Shown: in pieces, positions 1 through 10,113 of the stretch
How positions within the stretch are numbered: position 1 is the first letter of the stretch
Layout: each line of letters begins with the position of its first letter
Origin: Shigella phage pSf-1
Length of the DNA stretch: 51,821 nt
Direction: 5' to 3' (one strand)
Sequence record: KC710998
Notes under the pieces: model-generated
Database searches by the model: none
Seen by the model: only the letters and a program-made list of their open reading frames with translations
What the model was told of the DNA's origin: nothing
Translations under genes and position numbers: made by a program

Positions 1-1208
1 TGTTCATTCCCGTCTACATAAATACCAGCCCCAGGAGCTAAGGAAATACTTTTCGCTCCTGAAAAAGCACCATTTTCATTAAACTGATAATACTGTGATA
101 ACCCATTATGAAATACTCCTATTGTATGCTTTCCTACGCCTACTTGAGTCTCAAAATAAGACTGAGAAGATCCAATATCTTCACCTTGTGTACTCTTTAG
201 TTTTGAATGGTATATACCTGCGTTTGCAGTAGATGCATTTTCCGTTTCATTTTCAACATTAAGACTAAAGAACTTTGGCGCATGTTTCTCGCCAAGTCCT
301 ATATTGTTTCTGATGCCATTTGCGTCAATAGCTCCAGTACCACCAGAAGAAATAGCTAAAGGCACAGTTTCAAATGCACCAGATCCAGAAATATCTCTCT
401 GAAAAACAAGAAGACCATCATTTCTGATAACAAGCCTATATTCTCTATTTCTAGAGTACAAGATAGTATGTACGTAATCCTGAAAAAATGAATCAATACT
501 AAGCGTCTGGCGAGCAGATTCAATGTCAGAAAGATCTTTAAGATTCTGATCCTTATGCAATAGATTTTCAGGATTTACCTGTTGCGCCCACTGGCGAGCT
601 TCATCACGCGCCAATACAGCCTGATCGCGAGCGCCAAAAGCCTCTTGTTTAATGGCTTCCGTTTCGATTATAGCTGAATCTTTAATCTGTTGCGTTTGCG
701 CCTTGATTGCGTCAGTGTCTGATTTAATCTGGTTTGTTTCAGCAACAGCAGAATCCTTTATCTGTTGAGTGTTGTTTTTCAGTTGTTCAGTAGCAGCGCG
801 ATCATTGGCCGTTTTCTCTGCATCACTTTTAACCTGATTAGCCAGATCTTGCAGCTGTTTTAGGTCAAAGTTTTTGAAAAATTCAATAGCTTCCTCGATC
901 TGAGTTTCTTTGCTTTGATAGTAACGCAGCGTTTCCGCAACATCTTGCGCTAGTCCGTCAACAGTGATTGAGTCATGCAGCAAAATAATGTAGTTGCTTC
1001 GCCCAATTTCAGCGCCGCCAGTTGTGATGGCGCGTATTTGTGTATCGCTGATAACTTCACTGATCACAGCCGCTTGGAATGGTGCATCAATGAAAAAGAT
1101 TGTTGCACCAGGGCGAATGAGCGTTAGTTGCTCTCGCCATTTTGTGTCGTATCCAGTGATATAACCTTGCGCGTCCATTGACGCTTGTCCGGTTCTGTAA
1201 ATCGCCAT
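1..1208 (-). CDS. tail fiber protein, N-terminal part (3' end runs off window start; probably continuous with 50899..51821)
   Basis: ATG at 1208..1206 preceded by GGGAGA RBS; minus-strand frame open to position 1 (MAIYRTGQASMDAQGYITGYDTKWREQLTLIRPGATIFFIDAP...); absent from ORF track because truncated by window edge. Confidence 0.55.
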   Translation of the reverse strand, partial: MAIYRTGQASMDAQGYITGYDTKWREQLTLIRPGATIFFIDAPFQAAVISEVISDTQIRAITTGGAEIGRSNYIILLHDSITVDGLAQDVAETLRYYQSKETQIEEAIEFFKNFDLKQLQDLANQVKSDAEKTANDRAATEQLKNNTQQIKDSAVAETNQIKSDTDAIKAQTQQIKDSAIIETEAIKQEAFGARDQAVLARDEARQWAQQVNPENLLHKDQNLKDLSDIESARQTLSIDSFFQDYVHTILYSRNREYRLVIRNDGLLVFQRDISGSGAFETVPLAISSGGTGAIDANGIRNNIGLGEKHAPKFFSLNVENETENASTANAGIYHSKLKSTQGEDIGSSQSYFETQVGVGKHTIGVFHNGLSQYYQFNENGAFSGAKSISLAPGAGIYVDGNE

Positions 1209-1264
1209 GCGTTTTCTCCCGTGTTGCATGTTAATGTCAATGCAGATAATAGCATTTGCTAAGG

Positions 1265-1289
1265 CAAAAAAAAACCCCGCAATGCGGGG
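1265..1289 (-). terminator. rho-independent terminator downstream of primase gene
   Basis: CCCCGC-aat-GCGGGG hairpin preceded on + strand by A9 (T-run on minus strand). Confidence 0.6.
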
Positions 1290-1307
1290 TAAAAGTAGCA
1301 GTGACAT

Positions 1308-2240
1308 TTAGAGAAGAGATTCAGGTTTGTAAACCTTTCTCTCTATCCCTTGCCTGTAATTATCATGAATCGGCATCATAATTTCAAGTCCTCTTTCCTC
1401 GGCAGCAATGATCGCGTCACGGTCTGTACTCTTACAGACAACTCGCATTCTTCTGTTGCCTTTATACCTGTAAGCTACAATCTCAATATTCGTTGCATCA
1501 AAGCAGGCCCAAACCTCTTGACCAGTTGCAAGGTGAATATGTTGCGCATCAATCCAGTCAACGCAAAGATAGATAGTCTTATCGGTGCTTCCTGTTCTAA
1601 CAACCGACCCCCGCGTGTAGTCCTTTGCGAGAAAAGACTGTTTACCTTCTTCATCAATGAAAAGCACATTGCACATTTCATCATCAACATCATCTGAATG
1701 CACAAGGTAACATGGTAACGCGTGAATGTATCGACCATCTTTTACGCCGCAATCATAATGACCATCTTCAGGCGGGTATATTCCTTCATATGTGCTTAAC
1801 GGCGTGCGATCAAATTTTAGTGTTTTTGACATAACGCGCTCGCAGCATTCATGGCTTGCCTGTTTCCCAAACGAATAACCAGAATCACGAGATACTCGCT
1901 TATTTGCCTTGATTCTATAGTCCTGCGGAACTTTTCCAAGAAAACGGCCCAAAATATTGATCACTTCGCTGTAAGGTTCTCCGGTTAGCTTCATGATCCA
2001 ACCAATTCCGGTATCATTACCGCACACGTTGCAGATCGCACCGCCATCGCCTTTTTTATCGCCAAGTTTATCCGTCCATCTGAAGCGATCCTTTCCGCCG
2101 CAGTGGGGGCAAGATTGATGCTTGCCGTTAAAAACTTCATTTGGAAGACCGCAAATACTTTGTAGCGCCTCACGCCACAATCCTTGCATATATGGGAGAA
2201 CATCTTCCTTTTGATAAACCATAAAGTTTTCGTTATTCAT
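1308..2240 (-). CDS. DNA primase (P4-type zinc-binding / toprim-like)
   Basis: CPHCGG...CNVCGND zinc-ribbon motif; start moved to internal ATG (MNNENFMVYQ) with GAGGTG RBS; track ORF 1308..2342. Confidence 0.6.
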   Translation of the reverse strand: MNNENFMVYQKEDVLPYMQGLWREALQSICGLPNEVFNGKHQSCPHCGGKDRFRWTDKLGDKKGDGGAICNVCGNDTGIGWIMKLTGEPYSEVINILGRFLGKVPQDYRIKANKRVSRDSGYSFGKQASHECCERVMSKTLKFDRTPLSTYEGIYPPEDGHYDCGVKDGRYIHALPCYLVHSDDVDDEMCNVLFIDEEGKQSFLAKDYTRGSVVRTGSTDKTIYLCVDWIDAQHIHLATGQEVWACFDATNIEIVAYRYKGNRRMRVVCKSTDRDAIIAAEERGLEIMMPIHDNYRQGIERKVYKPESLL

Positions 2241-2295
2241 ATGCACCTCAAACAAAAAAGCCTGACAGATGATAACATCATGCCAGGCATTGTTT

Positions 2296-2769
2296 TTAGC
2301 AATTAGTGCTTTCAGGTTTATACAGGAATCCGCCAGGTTCATAATCTGACATTCTTACCACTCGCAACATTTCACGCTTATCACATCTCTTTGTGAGCGG
2401 TTTTCCATTGGAATCAAATCGCAGATCTGGACGACAGAATGAAGCGCGATAGCCTTGACAGCCATACTTTTTGTAATCGTTATGCACCTTTTGAGCGCCA
2501 GCGGCTGAAATCATACCGCGAACTCGCCACTGATTTACAGTTTGCTGGCTAACGTTAAGACGTTTTGCCATTGCTGACACACTTCCGTAATACTCAATAA
2601 GGATGTCAAGTCGAGCTTTTAGTCCGGCTCGCACTTCATCTTTTAGTACATAGTATCCTGTCGGGCGCTTGCGCTTCTTCTTATCCTTCCCTCGTCGAGT
2701 TCCGTTGTTTCCATTAATTGTGCGCTTGTCAATCTTGCCAGTTGATACTGCGATTCGCTGTTCTTTCAT
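2296..2769 (-). CDS. HTH DNA-binding protein (Cro/YdaS-like regulator)
   Basis: helix-turn-helix segment SVSAMAKRLNVSQQTVNQWRVRG; basic N-terminus; divergent from helicase gene. Confidence 0.5.
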   Translation of the reverse strand: MKEQRIAVSTGKIDKRTINGNNGTRRGKDKKKRKRPTGYYVLKDEVRAGLKARLDILIEYYGSVSAMAKRLNVSQQTVNQWRVRGMISAAGAQKVHNDYKKYGCQGYRASFCRPDLRFDSNGKPLTKRCDKREMLRVVRMSDYEPGGFLYKPESTNC

Positions 2770-2783
2770 TATTCATTCTCCAA

Positions 2784-2826
2784 TAGCATTTTTTGTTAAA
2801 CGATGATTTAATGATTGTGTATTATA
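2784..2826 (+). promoter_or_regulatory. conserved promoter cassette (variant ATAGCATTTTTTGTTAAAC + 18 nt + TATTAT) upstream of helicase
   Basis: member of repeated motif family; spacing and -10-like hexamer conserved. Confidence 0.5.
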
Positions 2827-2858
2827 CACGCCAAATGGCATTACTCAAAGGTTTTAGA

Positions 2859-4541
2859 ATGATTCCAAACATTGAAAAGCAAATATCAGCACTTGGTGAA
2901 GCGGTAATTAAATCCATTCAGGAGCGATTCACTGTTGGCGATATTGTGCCTTACCCTTACCAGTGCGTTGCATACGCTGAGATCGCAAAGCGTATGAAAA
3001 ATTATGAGCATCCATTCTTTGTTAAAGCGTCCGTATCGGCTGGCAAAACATTGGTGTTTGCAATGGTTGCTCACCAGTGCCGGAAAATGGGCTTGAAAAT
3101 GATGGTCCTTGCTCGCCAGGCTGAGATTGTGGGTCAGGATTCTGAAGAGATAACAAATCTTGGTGTGCCGAACTCCATCTATTGTGCAGGACTGAAGACA
3201 AAAAGCGCATACTTTCCGATCGTTGTTGGTTCTGAGGGAACTGTAGTTAATGGACTGTTTAAAGCGCTTGGCGACTATGTTCCGCACGTTATCGGGATTG
3301 ACGAGTGTCACCAGGTGGATTGGGAAGACCTTGCCGACGCAATAGACAAAGACGAATCATTTTTGCAAATGACGACGAAGAAAGGCGAAAAAGTACCAAA
3401 TCCAGATTATGACATAACAAAGGGAAGCAGGAACAGAAATACAGAGTTCCTGATTGGTGAAGATGGCTTGCCAATGGAGGGAACAGGCCGCACACAATAC
3501 ACTGTCATTATCATGGAAATGATGCGACGTTGCAGGAAAGCATATGGCCATGAACTGCGCATATTTGGCATGACTGGATCGGAGTTTCGCGGCGTAGTCC
3601 CGATCCTGGTAGAAGACAAAAAACAAAAAGGATTCTGGCGTGAACAGGTTACTAATATTGACACCAACTACCTGATCAAATTCGGTTCTGTTGTGCCAAC
3701 AAATTTTGGCGACGTTGGCGATCTAGGGTATGACCTTTCAGAGTTTGAGGCATCCAGCGAGGATGGCGTTGCAGACTTTGACGCTAAAACGCTTCGTAGG
3801 ATGGAACAAAAAATTCATGAAGAAGCGACCATGACAAAGCGCATCATGGCAAAAGTTCACGAGATCTGTAAAAACCGCAACGGCGTACTTGTGACATGTG
3901 CAGGAGAAAGGCATTGCAAAGAGGCAGCGGCAGCGTTGCCACCTGGAACTACTTACAGGATCATTACTGGTAAGACTGGCGACAATCAGCGCAAGGAGTG
4001 GTTGAGGGAAGCATACGAAGGGAAGGTAAAATACATCTTCCAGGTTCAGGCGCTAACAACTGGCGTTAACGTTCCGTTTTGGGATACGTCGGTTATATTG
4101 CGTAAGATTGGATCTCTTACGTTGCTGATTCAGCTTTTAGGGCGCGGAATGCGACTACTTAAGAAGTGGCATAAGGAGCAAGGATTCCAGAAAGATGATC
4201 ATCTCGTCATGGATTTTTCAGGAACGATGGACGAGTTAGGGGAACTTTATTTTGATCCGATACTGGAACAGGCGCAACATCAGAAGCGATTCAGGAACGG
4301 TAAAGATCCGAAGCCTTGTCCTGTTTGCGGAACTCTTAATAGCTATTATGCTCGTCGTTGTATGCACGTAGACGAAAACGGCAACAGATGCGAGTGGTTC
4401 TTTAAATTCAGGACATGCGATGATCAGATTGACCCGCGCACTAAAAAGATTATTCATCGCGGTTGTGGAACGAAAAATGATATTGCGGCCAGGGTGTGCA
4501 GACATTGCGACATGTCATTGATTGACCTAACGAGAAGTTGA
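2859..4541 (+). CDS. SF2 (DEAD/DEAH-type) DNA helicase with C-terminal zinc ribbons
   Basis: Walker A VSAGKT, GIDECHQ (DExH box), C-terminal CPVCG...CRHC; start chosen at ATG 2859 downstream of promoter cassette (track ORF starts 2793). Confidence 0.7.
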   Translation: MIPNIEKQISALGEAVIKSIQERFTVGDIVPYPYQCVAYAEIAKRMKNYEHPFFVKASVSAGKTLVFAMVAHQCRKMGLKMMVLARQAEIVGQDSEEITNLGVPNSIYCAGLKTKSAYFPIVVGSEGTVVNGLFKALGDYVPHVIGIDECHQVDWEDLADAIDKDESFLQMTTKKGEKVPNPDYDITKGSRNRNTEFLIGEDGLPMEGTGRTQYTVIIMEMMRRCRKAYGHELRIFGMTGSEFRGVVPILVEDKKQKGFWREQVTNIDTNYLIKFGSVVPTNFGDVGDLGYDLSEFEASSEDGVADFDAKTLRRMEQKIHEEATMTKRIMAKVHEICKNRNGVLVTCAGERHCKEAAAALPPGTTYRIITGKTGDNQRKEWLREAYEGKVKYIFQVQALTTGVNVPFWDTSVILRKIGSLTLLIQLLGRGMRLLKKWHKEQGFQKDDHLVMDFSGTMDELGELYFDPILEQAQHQKRFRNGKDPKPCPVCGTLNSYYARRCMHVDENGNRCEWFFKFRTCDDQIDPRTKKIIHRGCGTKNDIAARVCRHCDMSLIDLTRS

Positions 4542-4903
4542 GCGGAAAGCACTACACAAAAAACGACTGGTTCAAGGTGCAATCTTTCTCGGTTGACATA
4601 ACGAAAAACCAGAAAGGGATAATATTTAATTATGAGCTTTCCGATGGCATGGACACTTTCAGGGCGAGAGAGATATTTTTCCCTGAATCTGAGAGCCAAA
4701 TTTGCCGCGCAAAATGGCGAAGCGTTGCTCTTAAGCACATACCAGATCGCCGCGTTGCTGGCATGGTGGCGAGCTATCGTAATGCACGAAAAATAATGCA
4801 ATATGTGAATCACATTATGCCGCCATCGCGTGTGACTCACCGCAAGACTAGCAAGGGTGAAGATAATTTGTACAAGAAGGACTTTAATTATGGCAATAAC
4901 TGA
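4538..4903 (+). CDS. hypothetical protein (TTG start overlapping helicase stop)
   Basis: ORF track; no recognisable motif; start uncertain. Confidence 0.3.
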   Translation: MSGKHYTKNDWFKVQSFSVDITKNQKGIIFNYELSDGMDTFRAREIFFPESESQICRAKWRSVALKHIPDRRVAGMVASYRNARKIMQYVNHIMPPSRVTHRKTSKGEDNLYKKDFNYGNN

Positions 4904-5309
4904 TAAAGGCGATTATCTGGAGTTTTACGAAAGAGATCCGACGGATACGCTAAAAGAGGAATCACACCAGATTGGGGCGTTTCAATGGTTAACTTATGCT
5001 CATCCTGAATTTCTTGCCTGGCATACGAAAAATGAGGGAGAAAAGGGTATCGCTACCGCAATGATGGATCAGCAAGCTGGACTCGTTAAGGGCGTAAGTG
5101 ATTTTATCATCCTGATTGGATTAAAAGGCCGTTACCCATTCGCGGCTATTGAGATGAAACGCGTCAATAAGTCTGGCAAGGGCAAGGCTTCACCAGTCAG
5201 CAAGGAGCAAAAAGCCTTCTTGCGCCGTGTGCGTGAGCTTGGCGGATTCGCTGCCGTAACATACGGATATAAGCAATTCATGATCGCGGTAGAATACATG
5301 ATGAAATAG
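4890..5309 (+). CDS. VRR-NUC domain nuclease (PD-(D/E)xK)
   Basis: KGVSDFIIL...IEMKR motif pattern typical of VRR-NUC; ATG 4890 with AAGGA RBS. Confidence 0.6.
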   Translation: MAITDKGDYLEFYERDPTDTLKEESHQIGAFQWLTYAHPEFLAWHTKNEGEKGIATAMMDQQAGLVKGVSDFIILIGLKGRYPFAAIEMKRVNKSGKGKASPVSKEQKAFLRRVRELGGFAAVTYGYKQFMIAVEYMMK

Positions 5310-5349
5310 CACTTTTTGTTAAAACAGGCGCGAAGGATTGCGCCATAAT
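5306..5349 (+). promoter_or_regulatory. conserved promoter cassette (ATAGCACTTTTTGTTAAAAC + hairpin spacer + CATAAT)
   Basis: motif begins at stop codon TAG of upstream gene; spacer GGCGCGAAGGATTGCGCC is an inverted repeat. Confidence 0.55.
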
Positions 5350-5383
5350 AACACCAGTTCAACAAGCAACAGGTAATTAAGAA

Positions 5384-6085
5384 ATGAGCAAAGAAACCGA
5401 AGTGACATTTGAACAAATAGAACGCGAAACATTCATTGGCAATGCTCTTGCTACTGGTGGTCATTACCAGGCTGTTAAACCAAATCAATATTTCAAAGTG
5501 ACTGGCAACCGCTATAACGGAAGCAATACGCCGGACGTTGTGCGCGATTTGTGGTCTACGCCGTCTGAGCTTGTCGAATGGATGGAAAGCGAATACGGTG
5601 ATTATGACATCGACGCGGCGGCAAGCAAAGAAAATGCTGTATGTGAAAAATTCTACAGCAAGGAAACAAATTGTTTAAAGCGTTGGTGGGGTAGTAATAA
5701 GCATATATGGCTGAATCCACCGTATAGCAATATTACGCCATTTGTTAAGAAGGCGATTGAGCAAATGGAGCACAACAATCAGATCGACATTCTGTTACCT
5801 TGCGACACATCAACAGGATGGTTTTATGAAGCGCAGCAGCGCGCAGCGGAAATCATCTGGATCACTGGCGAAGTTTACCAGGAGGATGGAACAGAATATT
5901 CCCGCACCGGACGCCTGGCGTTTACTTCCGCGCTAACAGGTAAACCAGTGCAGGGAAACAACAAAGGAAGCGTTATTTTCATCATGCGCGAACTTAAAGA
6001 AGGTGAGCAGCAGAAAACGCGATACGTTAAAATCAGCGACATTTGCCCTTCGGTGGCAGACCGTCGCGCACGGAAACGGAGCTAA
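5384..6085 (+). CDS. dam: DNA N6-adenine methyltransferase (phage Dam-like)
   Basis: NPPY catalytic motif (WLNPPYSN), size about 233 aa. Confidence 0.7.
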   Translation: MSKETEVTFEQIERETFIGNALATGGHYQAVKPNQYFKVTGNRYNGSNTPDVVRDLWSTPSELVEWMESEYGDYDIDAAASKENAVCEKFYSKETNCLKRWWGSNKHIWLNPPYSNITPFVKKAIEQMEHNNQIDILLPCDTSTGWFYEAQQRAAEIIWITGEVYQEDGTEYSRTGRLAFTSALTGKPVQGNNKGSVIFIMRELKEGEQQKTRYVKISDICPSVADRRARKRS

Positions 6086-6088
6086 AAC

Positions 6089-6329
6089 CATGCAAAAAGA
6101 AAGAAGCGTTTATTTAAATGAAACTGGCGAATGGTTGTTATTTCGCGCTATGGTTTGCGAAGCGATTGATAAAAACGAGTTCGTAAAACCGCTATTAGGT
6201 TGCGATCCGTGGGAGTTTACAAGCGCGCTTGATATGAGTTTTGAGGAAACAAGAAAACTACCGCTTGAAAAATGGCATGAGCAGATCGGTAAAGACTTGC
6301 AAGAGTTTTACGAATCCGCGTCAAAATAG
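6089..6329 (+). CDS. hypothetical protein
   Basis: ATG 6089 with GGAG RBS; ends in TAG that is part of next promoter motif. Confidence 0.45.
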
Positions 6330-6370
6330 CACTTTTTGTTAAAACGCCCGGCCTTGTGTCGGGCATAATT
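6326..6370 (+). promoter_or_regulatory. conserved promoter cassette
   Basis: ATAGCACTTTTTGTTAAAAC + GCCCGGCCTTGTGTCGGGC hairpin + ATAATT. Confidence 0.55.
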
Positions 6371-6401
6371 TTTTCATCAAAACGAACAAGAGGAAAATAA
6401 A

Positions 6402-6581
6402 ATGGTTGTTTACGATCCACGCGCTTTTAAAATTGCTCAAGAAGTTTCACGCGAATCTGTTGCTGGCGGTTCGGTTAACGGCTATCAGTTTGATTGGTCG
6501 GCAGCAATGACCCTGCTTAAGGTTGCATATGGTCACGCGCCAATTGAAACAGCGGAGGAATATTATAAGCATGAAGGTTGA
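6402..6581 (+). CDS. hypothetical small protein (59 aa, below ORF-track cutoff)
   Basis: ATG 6402 with AGAGGA RBS immediately after promoter cassette and CATCAAAACGAAC leader. Confidence 0.4.
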   Translation: MVVYDPRAFKIAQEVSRESVAGGSVNGYQFDWSAAMTLLKVAYGHAPIETAEEYYKHEG

Positions 6582-6813
6582 ACAAGGTAGGCAGGCCGTA
6601 TGGGATCACGCAAAGGAGTGCGGGATCTCTGAAGACATAGCCAGGATAGCAAAATATTTTGATATTGCTGACATAAGCATTATCAGCGGCGACAAAATGA
6701 CATTTCTCAATGAACGACCGCGCAAGATGCATCGCGTACCAGCAATACCAACAAAGATTGATTTCAAAGAGGCTATGGCGAAAATTCGCGAGCCGCGCAA
6801 ATACTACAAATGA
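6571..6813 (+). CDS. hypothetical protein
   Basis: ATG 6571 with GGAGG RBS; track ORF 6523..6813. Confidence 0.45.
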   Translation: MKVEQGRQAVWDHAKECGISEDIARIAKYFDIADISIISGDKMTFLNERPRKMHRVPAIPTKIDFKEAMAKIREPRKYYK

Positions 6814-6911
6814 GGATTATTATCATGTGGCGTTTGTTACTTTTGCCCTTACCTGTTATGATGGCGACCTCTATTGTATACGTTGTCATAATGAGATAAG
6901 GAGAATTTTTG

Positions 6912-8027
6912 ATGAAGCAAATCAAAATCACAGATGAACAATTTATCAATGAGCGCAAGCAGGGAAAGACATATAAGCAAATCGCTAATGAGTATGGTAT
7001 GAACGTTCGCAGCATTGAGCGACGCGCGGCACGATTAGCAAAGCAAGGTAAAGTTACAACCATAGGATCACCTGGTTTTGGTGTTACTGGAGAATCAAAG
7101 CTAATTGATAAAGATGGCAATGTGGTTATGACATGGATTAAGACAAGTAAGGACCGCGAACAGTTAGAAGCATTAATGCAGGCCGCTATGGATGCATTTA
7201 GCGAAGAAGTTCCTCGACTTGATCCACAGCCAGAATCACAAAAGGATTATAGCGAGACGTTATCACTGTATCCGATCTTTGACATGCACTTGGGCGCAAT
7301 GGCGCATAAGCATGAATGCGGCGAGAATTGGGATACAGCAACAGCAGAGCGCGCAATGAATAATTTCATTGATTATTCCATCCAGTGCGCGCCGGATAGT
7401 GAAAAAGCTGTTTTGCTGATTGGTGGTGATATGCTTCACAGCGACGGACTGGAAGCGGTGACACCTGCAAGCGGTCACGTATTAGATCAAGATAGTCGAT
7501 ACGCAAAACTTGTTTATGTTGCCATCCGGTCAGTGCGTCGAGCAATCACAAAGCTGTTATCAAAACACAAAAACGTCGAGATTCAGATTATTGAAGGAAA
7601 CCACGACCAAAGCGGCATGATCTGGTTGCGCGCAGCAATGGCGGCAGCATATGAGAATGAGCCACGAGTGCATGTTGATGTATCTCCGCGAGTAGTTCAT
7701 CACACACAGTATGGCAAAACATTCCTGGCATATCATCACGGGCACACTATACGCAAGCCTGAAACATTACTAATGATGTGCGCGGCAGACTGGCGCGAAG
7801 ACTTCGGAAATTCAAAAATGATGTATGCTCACGTAGGGCACTGGCATCATCAGACAGTAACTGAAACAAGCCTGGGCATTGTTGAAGTGCATAGCACTAT
7901 GGCGGCAAAAGATGCATATGCTGCGCGCGGTGGATGGCGTTCTCGTCGCCGCGCGGCTGTTATTGTTTACGATAAAGAATACGGAGAAGTGGGGCGATTT
8001 ATGCATTATCCAGAAATGGCTGATTGA
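6912..8027 (+). CDS. calcineurin-like metallophosphoesterase with N-terminal HTH domain
   Basis: phosphoesterase motifs DMHLG, GGDMLHSD, EGNHD, HGH, GHWHH; N-terminal HTH-like segment; AAGGAG RBS. Confidence 0.65.
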   Translation: MKQIKITDEQFINERKQGKTYKQIANEYGMNVRSIERRAARLAKQGKVTTIGSPGFGVTGESKLIDKDGNVVMTWIKTSKDREQLEALMQAAMDAFSEEVPRLDPQPESQKDYSETLSLYPIFDMHLGAMAHKHECGENWDTATAERAMNNFIDYSIQCAPDSEKAVLLIGGDMLHSDGLEAVTPASGHVLDQDSRYAKLVYVAIRSVRRAITKLLSKHKNVEIQIIEGNHDQSGMIWLRAAMAAAYENEPRVHVDVSPRVVHHTQYGKTFLAYHHGHTIRKPETLLMMCAADWREDFGNSKMMYAHVGHWHHQTVTETSLGIVEVHSTMAAKDAYAARGGWRSRRRAAVIVYDKEYGEVGRFMHYPEMAD

Positions 8028-8070
8028 ACTTTTAATCATTAAAATATAAATATAAATCATCAATTTAATT

Positions 8071-8101
8071 GGGCGTGGCATTTTGCTTCGCCCTTTTTTT
8101 A
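8071..8101 (+). terminator. rho-independent terminator
   Basis: imperfect GC hairpin (GGGCGTGGCA...TGCTTCGCCC) followed by T7. Confidence 0.5.
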
Positions 8102-8173
8102 TTCCTTTTTGTGAGTTCAATGGTTAGGATACAAACAATTAATTGTTGACTTTTATCTACAGGAGATCTAATC

Positions 8174-8389
8174 ATGAAAGATTTTTTAAACGCCGCAACT
8201 TCCGGTACTGGCGGCGCGTCAATCACTGGCGCGGTAACTGGTCAAACAACTATCGCAATAGCCAGCTTAGTTTTGATGGCTGCATTTGGTATGTGGGGCG
8301 CTTATCTTCGTTGGCGTGATAGCAAGGCGCTACGTGACGCTCTTGAATGCGGTGATATTAAGAAAGCTATTGAGATCAGAGGTAAATAA
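8174..8389 (+). CDS. holin (small, pinholin-like)
   Basis: 71 aa, hydrophobic core, charged C-terminus, directly upstream of and overlapping endolysin start. Confidence 0.55.
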   Translation: MKDFLNAATSGTGGASITGAVTGQTTIAIASLVLMAAFGMWGAYLRWRDSKALRDALECGDIKKAIEIRGK

Positions 8390-8877
8390 TGAGTATAAAA
8401 CAAAGAGTGACCGCTGCGGCTTTTGGCGTTGCTCTTGCCCTTACTTCTCCGCTACTGGAGGAAATAGAAGGAGTAAAATATAAGCCGTACAAAGATATTG
8501 CTGGGATATGGACGGTTTGCGCCGGAATAACTGGACCTGACGTAATACAAGGCAAAACGTACACACAAAGAGAGTGTGATGCACTACTGGCAAAGCATAT
8601 CAAGATCGCAAAGGATGAAGTTGATAAGAGTGTAAAGGTTGACATTCCTGATACAATGCGCGCAGCAATGTATTCATTCACATACAATGCTGGAACTGGA
8701 GCTTTTAGAAATTCAACCATGCTTAAGCTGATTAATAGAGGTCGTTACATGGAAGCGTGTAATCAGTTATGGCGATGGACCAAGTACACCAATCCAAAAA
8801 CTGGAAAGAAAGAAACGTCTAAAGGACTGCGCAACCGCCGCGCGGTGGAATTTAAATATTGCATTAAGGATCTGTAA
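8389..8877 (+). CDS. SAR endolysin (T4-lysozyme-like muramidase)
   Basis: N-terminal weakly hydrophobic Ala/Gly-rich signal-anchor-release segment; catalytic E-x8-D-x5-T triad ([16 protein letters not shown]). Confidence 0.7.
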   Translation: MSIKQRVTAAAFGVALALTSPLLEEIEGVKYKPYKDIAGIWTVCAGITGPDVIQGKTYTQRECDALLAKHIKIAKDEVDKSVKVDIPDTMRAAMYSFTYNAGTGAFRNSTMLKLINRGRYMEACNQLWRWTKYTNPKTGKKETSKGLRNRRAVEFKYCIKDL

Positions 8878-8879
8878 TT

Positions 8880-9296
8880 ATGCGAAAGTTATCACTAATC
8901 GCGATCGCTGTTATTTTGTCTGGATGTTCAAGCGTTACGCCACTGACCGGATTAATCGGTAGTAAGCCGGAAATCACCGCGCAGGCAGGAGCGGAGAACG
9001 TAAAGCAGACCGTAGGCCTGACAGCAAAACAGGACGCAAGCAACAAGCAGGATACAACCATTAAAGATTCGAAAGTTGACACGGTTGATACTTCCAGCAA
9101 AAAGGAGATCAAAACGTCAACCATTCAGGCAAACACCATCAAGGCTGATAAAATCCAGGTTGTGCAGGGTGAGCAAAGGAAGTGGTACGATCCTATAATC
9201 TATTGCGCTGCAATTTTCAGTGGTCTTTTGACTATGCTTTACTTTTCCTACCGCAAAGACAACAAAAAGGAGCTTAACGCCTCCTTTGTTTTATAG
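8880..9296 (+). CDS. unimolecular spanin (lipoprotein with C-terminal TMD)
   Basis: N-terminal lipobox LSGC and C-terminal transmembrane helix; position after endolysin. Confidence 0.6.
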   Translation: MRKLSLIAIAVILSGCSSVTPLTGLIGSKPEITAQAGAENVKQTVGLTAKQDASNKQDTTIKDSKVDTVDTSSKKEIKTSTIQANTIKADKIQVVQGEQRKWYDPIIYCAAIFSGLLTMLYFSYRKDNKKELNASFVL

Positions 9297-9512
9297 TGAA
9301 TCCATCAAATCTTGAAAGCTGTTTCCGCTATAATCATTCTCGACAAGAATGTAAGCACCTTTCTTCTTTATATCCCATAACATTTCATTGTATTCGTAAC
9401 GATTTATTTCAAACGTGCTGCCATCTTCTCTTGTCGCAGTTCCTTTGTCGTTGAAAACATCAAAAGTTACATTGATGATTTTTGTCTCTTTCTTTGTTAC
9501 TTTGATAGCCAT
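9291..9512 (-). CDS. hypothetical protein
   Basis: ATG with AGGA RBS downstream of minus-strand promoter cassette; track ORF 9291..9578. Confidence 0.4.
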   Translation of the reverse strand: MAIKVTKKETKIINVTFDVFNDKGTATREDGSTFEINRYEYNEMLWDIKKKGAYILVENDYSGNSFQDLMDSL

Positions 9513-9543
9513 TTTTAAAATCCTCATATTCGTTTCGATGAAA

Positions 9544-9588
9544 CAAATATACCGATACGAGATCGGGAGTTTTAACAAAAAGTGCTAT
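9544..9588 (-). promoter_or_regulatory. conserved promoter cassette (minus strand)
   Basis: reverse-complement motif GTTTTAACAAAAAGTGCTAT, 17 nt spacer with CCGAT/ATCGG inverted repeat, TATATT, CATCGAAACGAA leader. Confidence 0.55.
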
Positions 9589-9705
9589 TCAATACGCTTT
9601 ACAGTAACCAACAAAACGCCGTCCTCATCACACAAATTATGCTCTGATATATCAAACGCTCGCATGTCAGAATGAATGAGCGTTAACATTGCGTGCATGA
9701 AGTCG

Positions 9706-10113
9706 TCATGTGAGATTGAACTTACGGCGCAGAACTTCAATATTTTGTCTATTAGCATTTGACGTAAACAATTCTTCATCGCTCATTTCTCCGATCCTTA
9801 AAACATCCCTTACCCATTCGTTTTGCATACCTTCCAGACTGTAAAGTTCAAACGAGAAAGGTCGATTTGCAGACCCTTTCTTACACCAGAACTTTCCACC
9901 AACTCCATCAAGATAACCAGCGGTCATCATTCTTGCGCAAAACTCTTTTGAAACGGCGGTTGCAAACATTCTCGGCGTAAATCCTGCGGCCCTTGCGAGC
10001 CGCTCACATTCTCTATGCTGAAATATAAATTTTGCGATATGTTGACGTGTAAACCATTCGAATGACTCACACCAGCGATACAGATCCAAGATAAACAAAA
10101 TGTTACCTCCCAT
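9706..10113 (-). CDS. hypothetical protein
   Basis: ORF track; downstream of HNH gene in same operon. Confidence 0.35.
   Translation of the reverse strand: MGGNILFILDLYRWCESFEWFTRQHIAKFIFQHRECERLARAAGFTPRMFATAVSKEFCARMMTAGYLDGVGGKFWCKKGSANRPFSFELYSLEGMQNEWVRDVLRIGEMSDEELFTSNANRQNIEVLRRKFNLT

Noticed and set aside
1209-1267. TTGACA / TGCTATTAT elements upstream of the tail fiber start as a promoter
   Set aside because: The -35 and extended -10 candidates are not at compatible spacing on the minus strand; left unannotated.
1350-1738. Plus- and minus-strand ORFs (1350..1697, 1475..1738) inside the primase gene
   Set aside because: Fully contained within or antisense to a gene with a clear zinc-ribbon motif; no RBS; most likely spurious open frames.
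8143-8173. TTGACT hexamer upstream of the holin start as a sigma70 -35 element
   Set aside because: Any -10 at proper spacing would place the transcription start at or past the holin ATG; not a coherent promoter.
9585-9779. 64-aa minus-strand ORF as a confident gene
   Set aside because: Overlaps the 3' end of ORF 9706..10113 by 74 nt, and internal ATGs lack Shine-Dalgarno sequences; kept out of the feature list.
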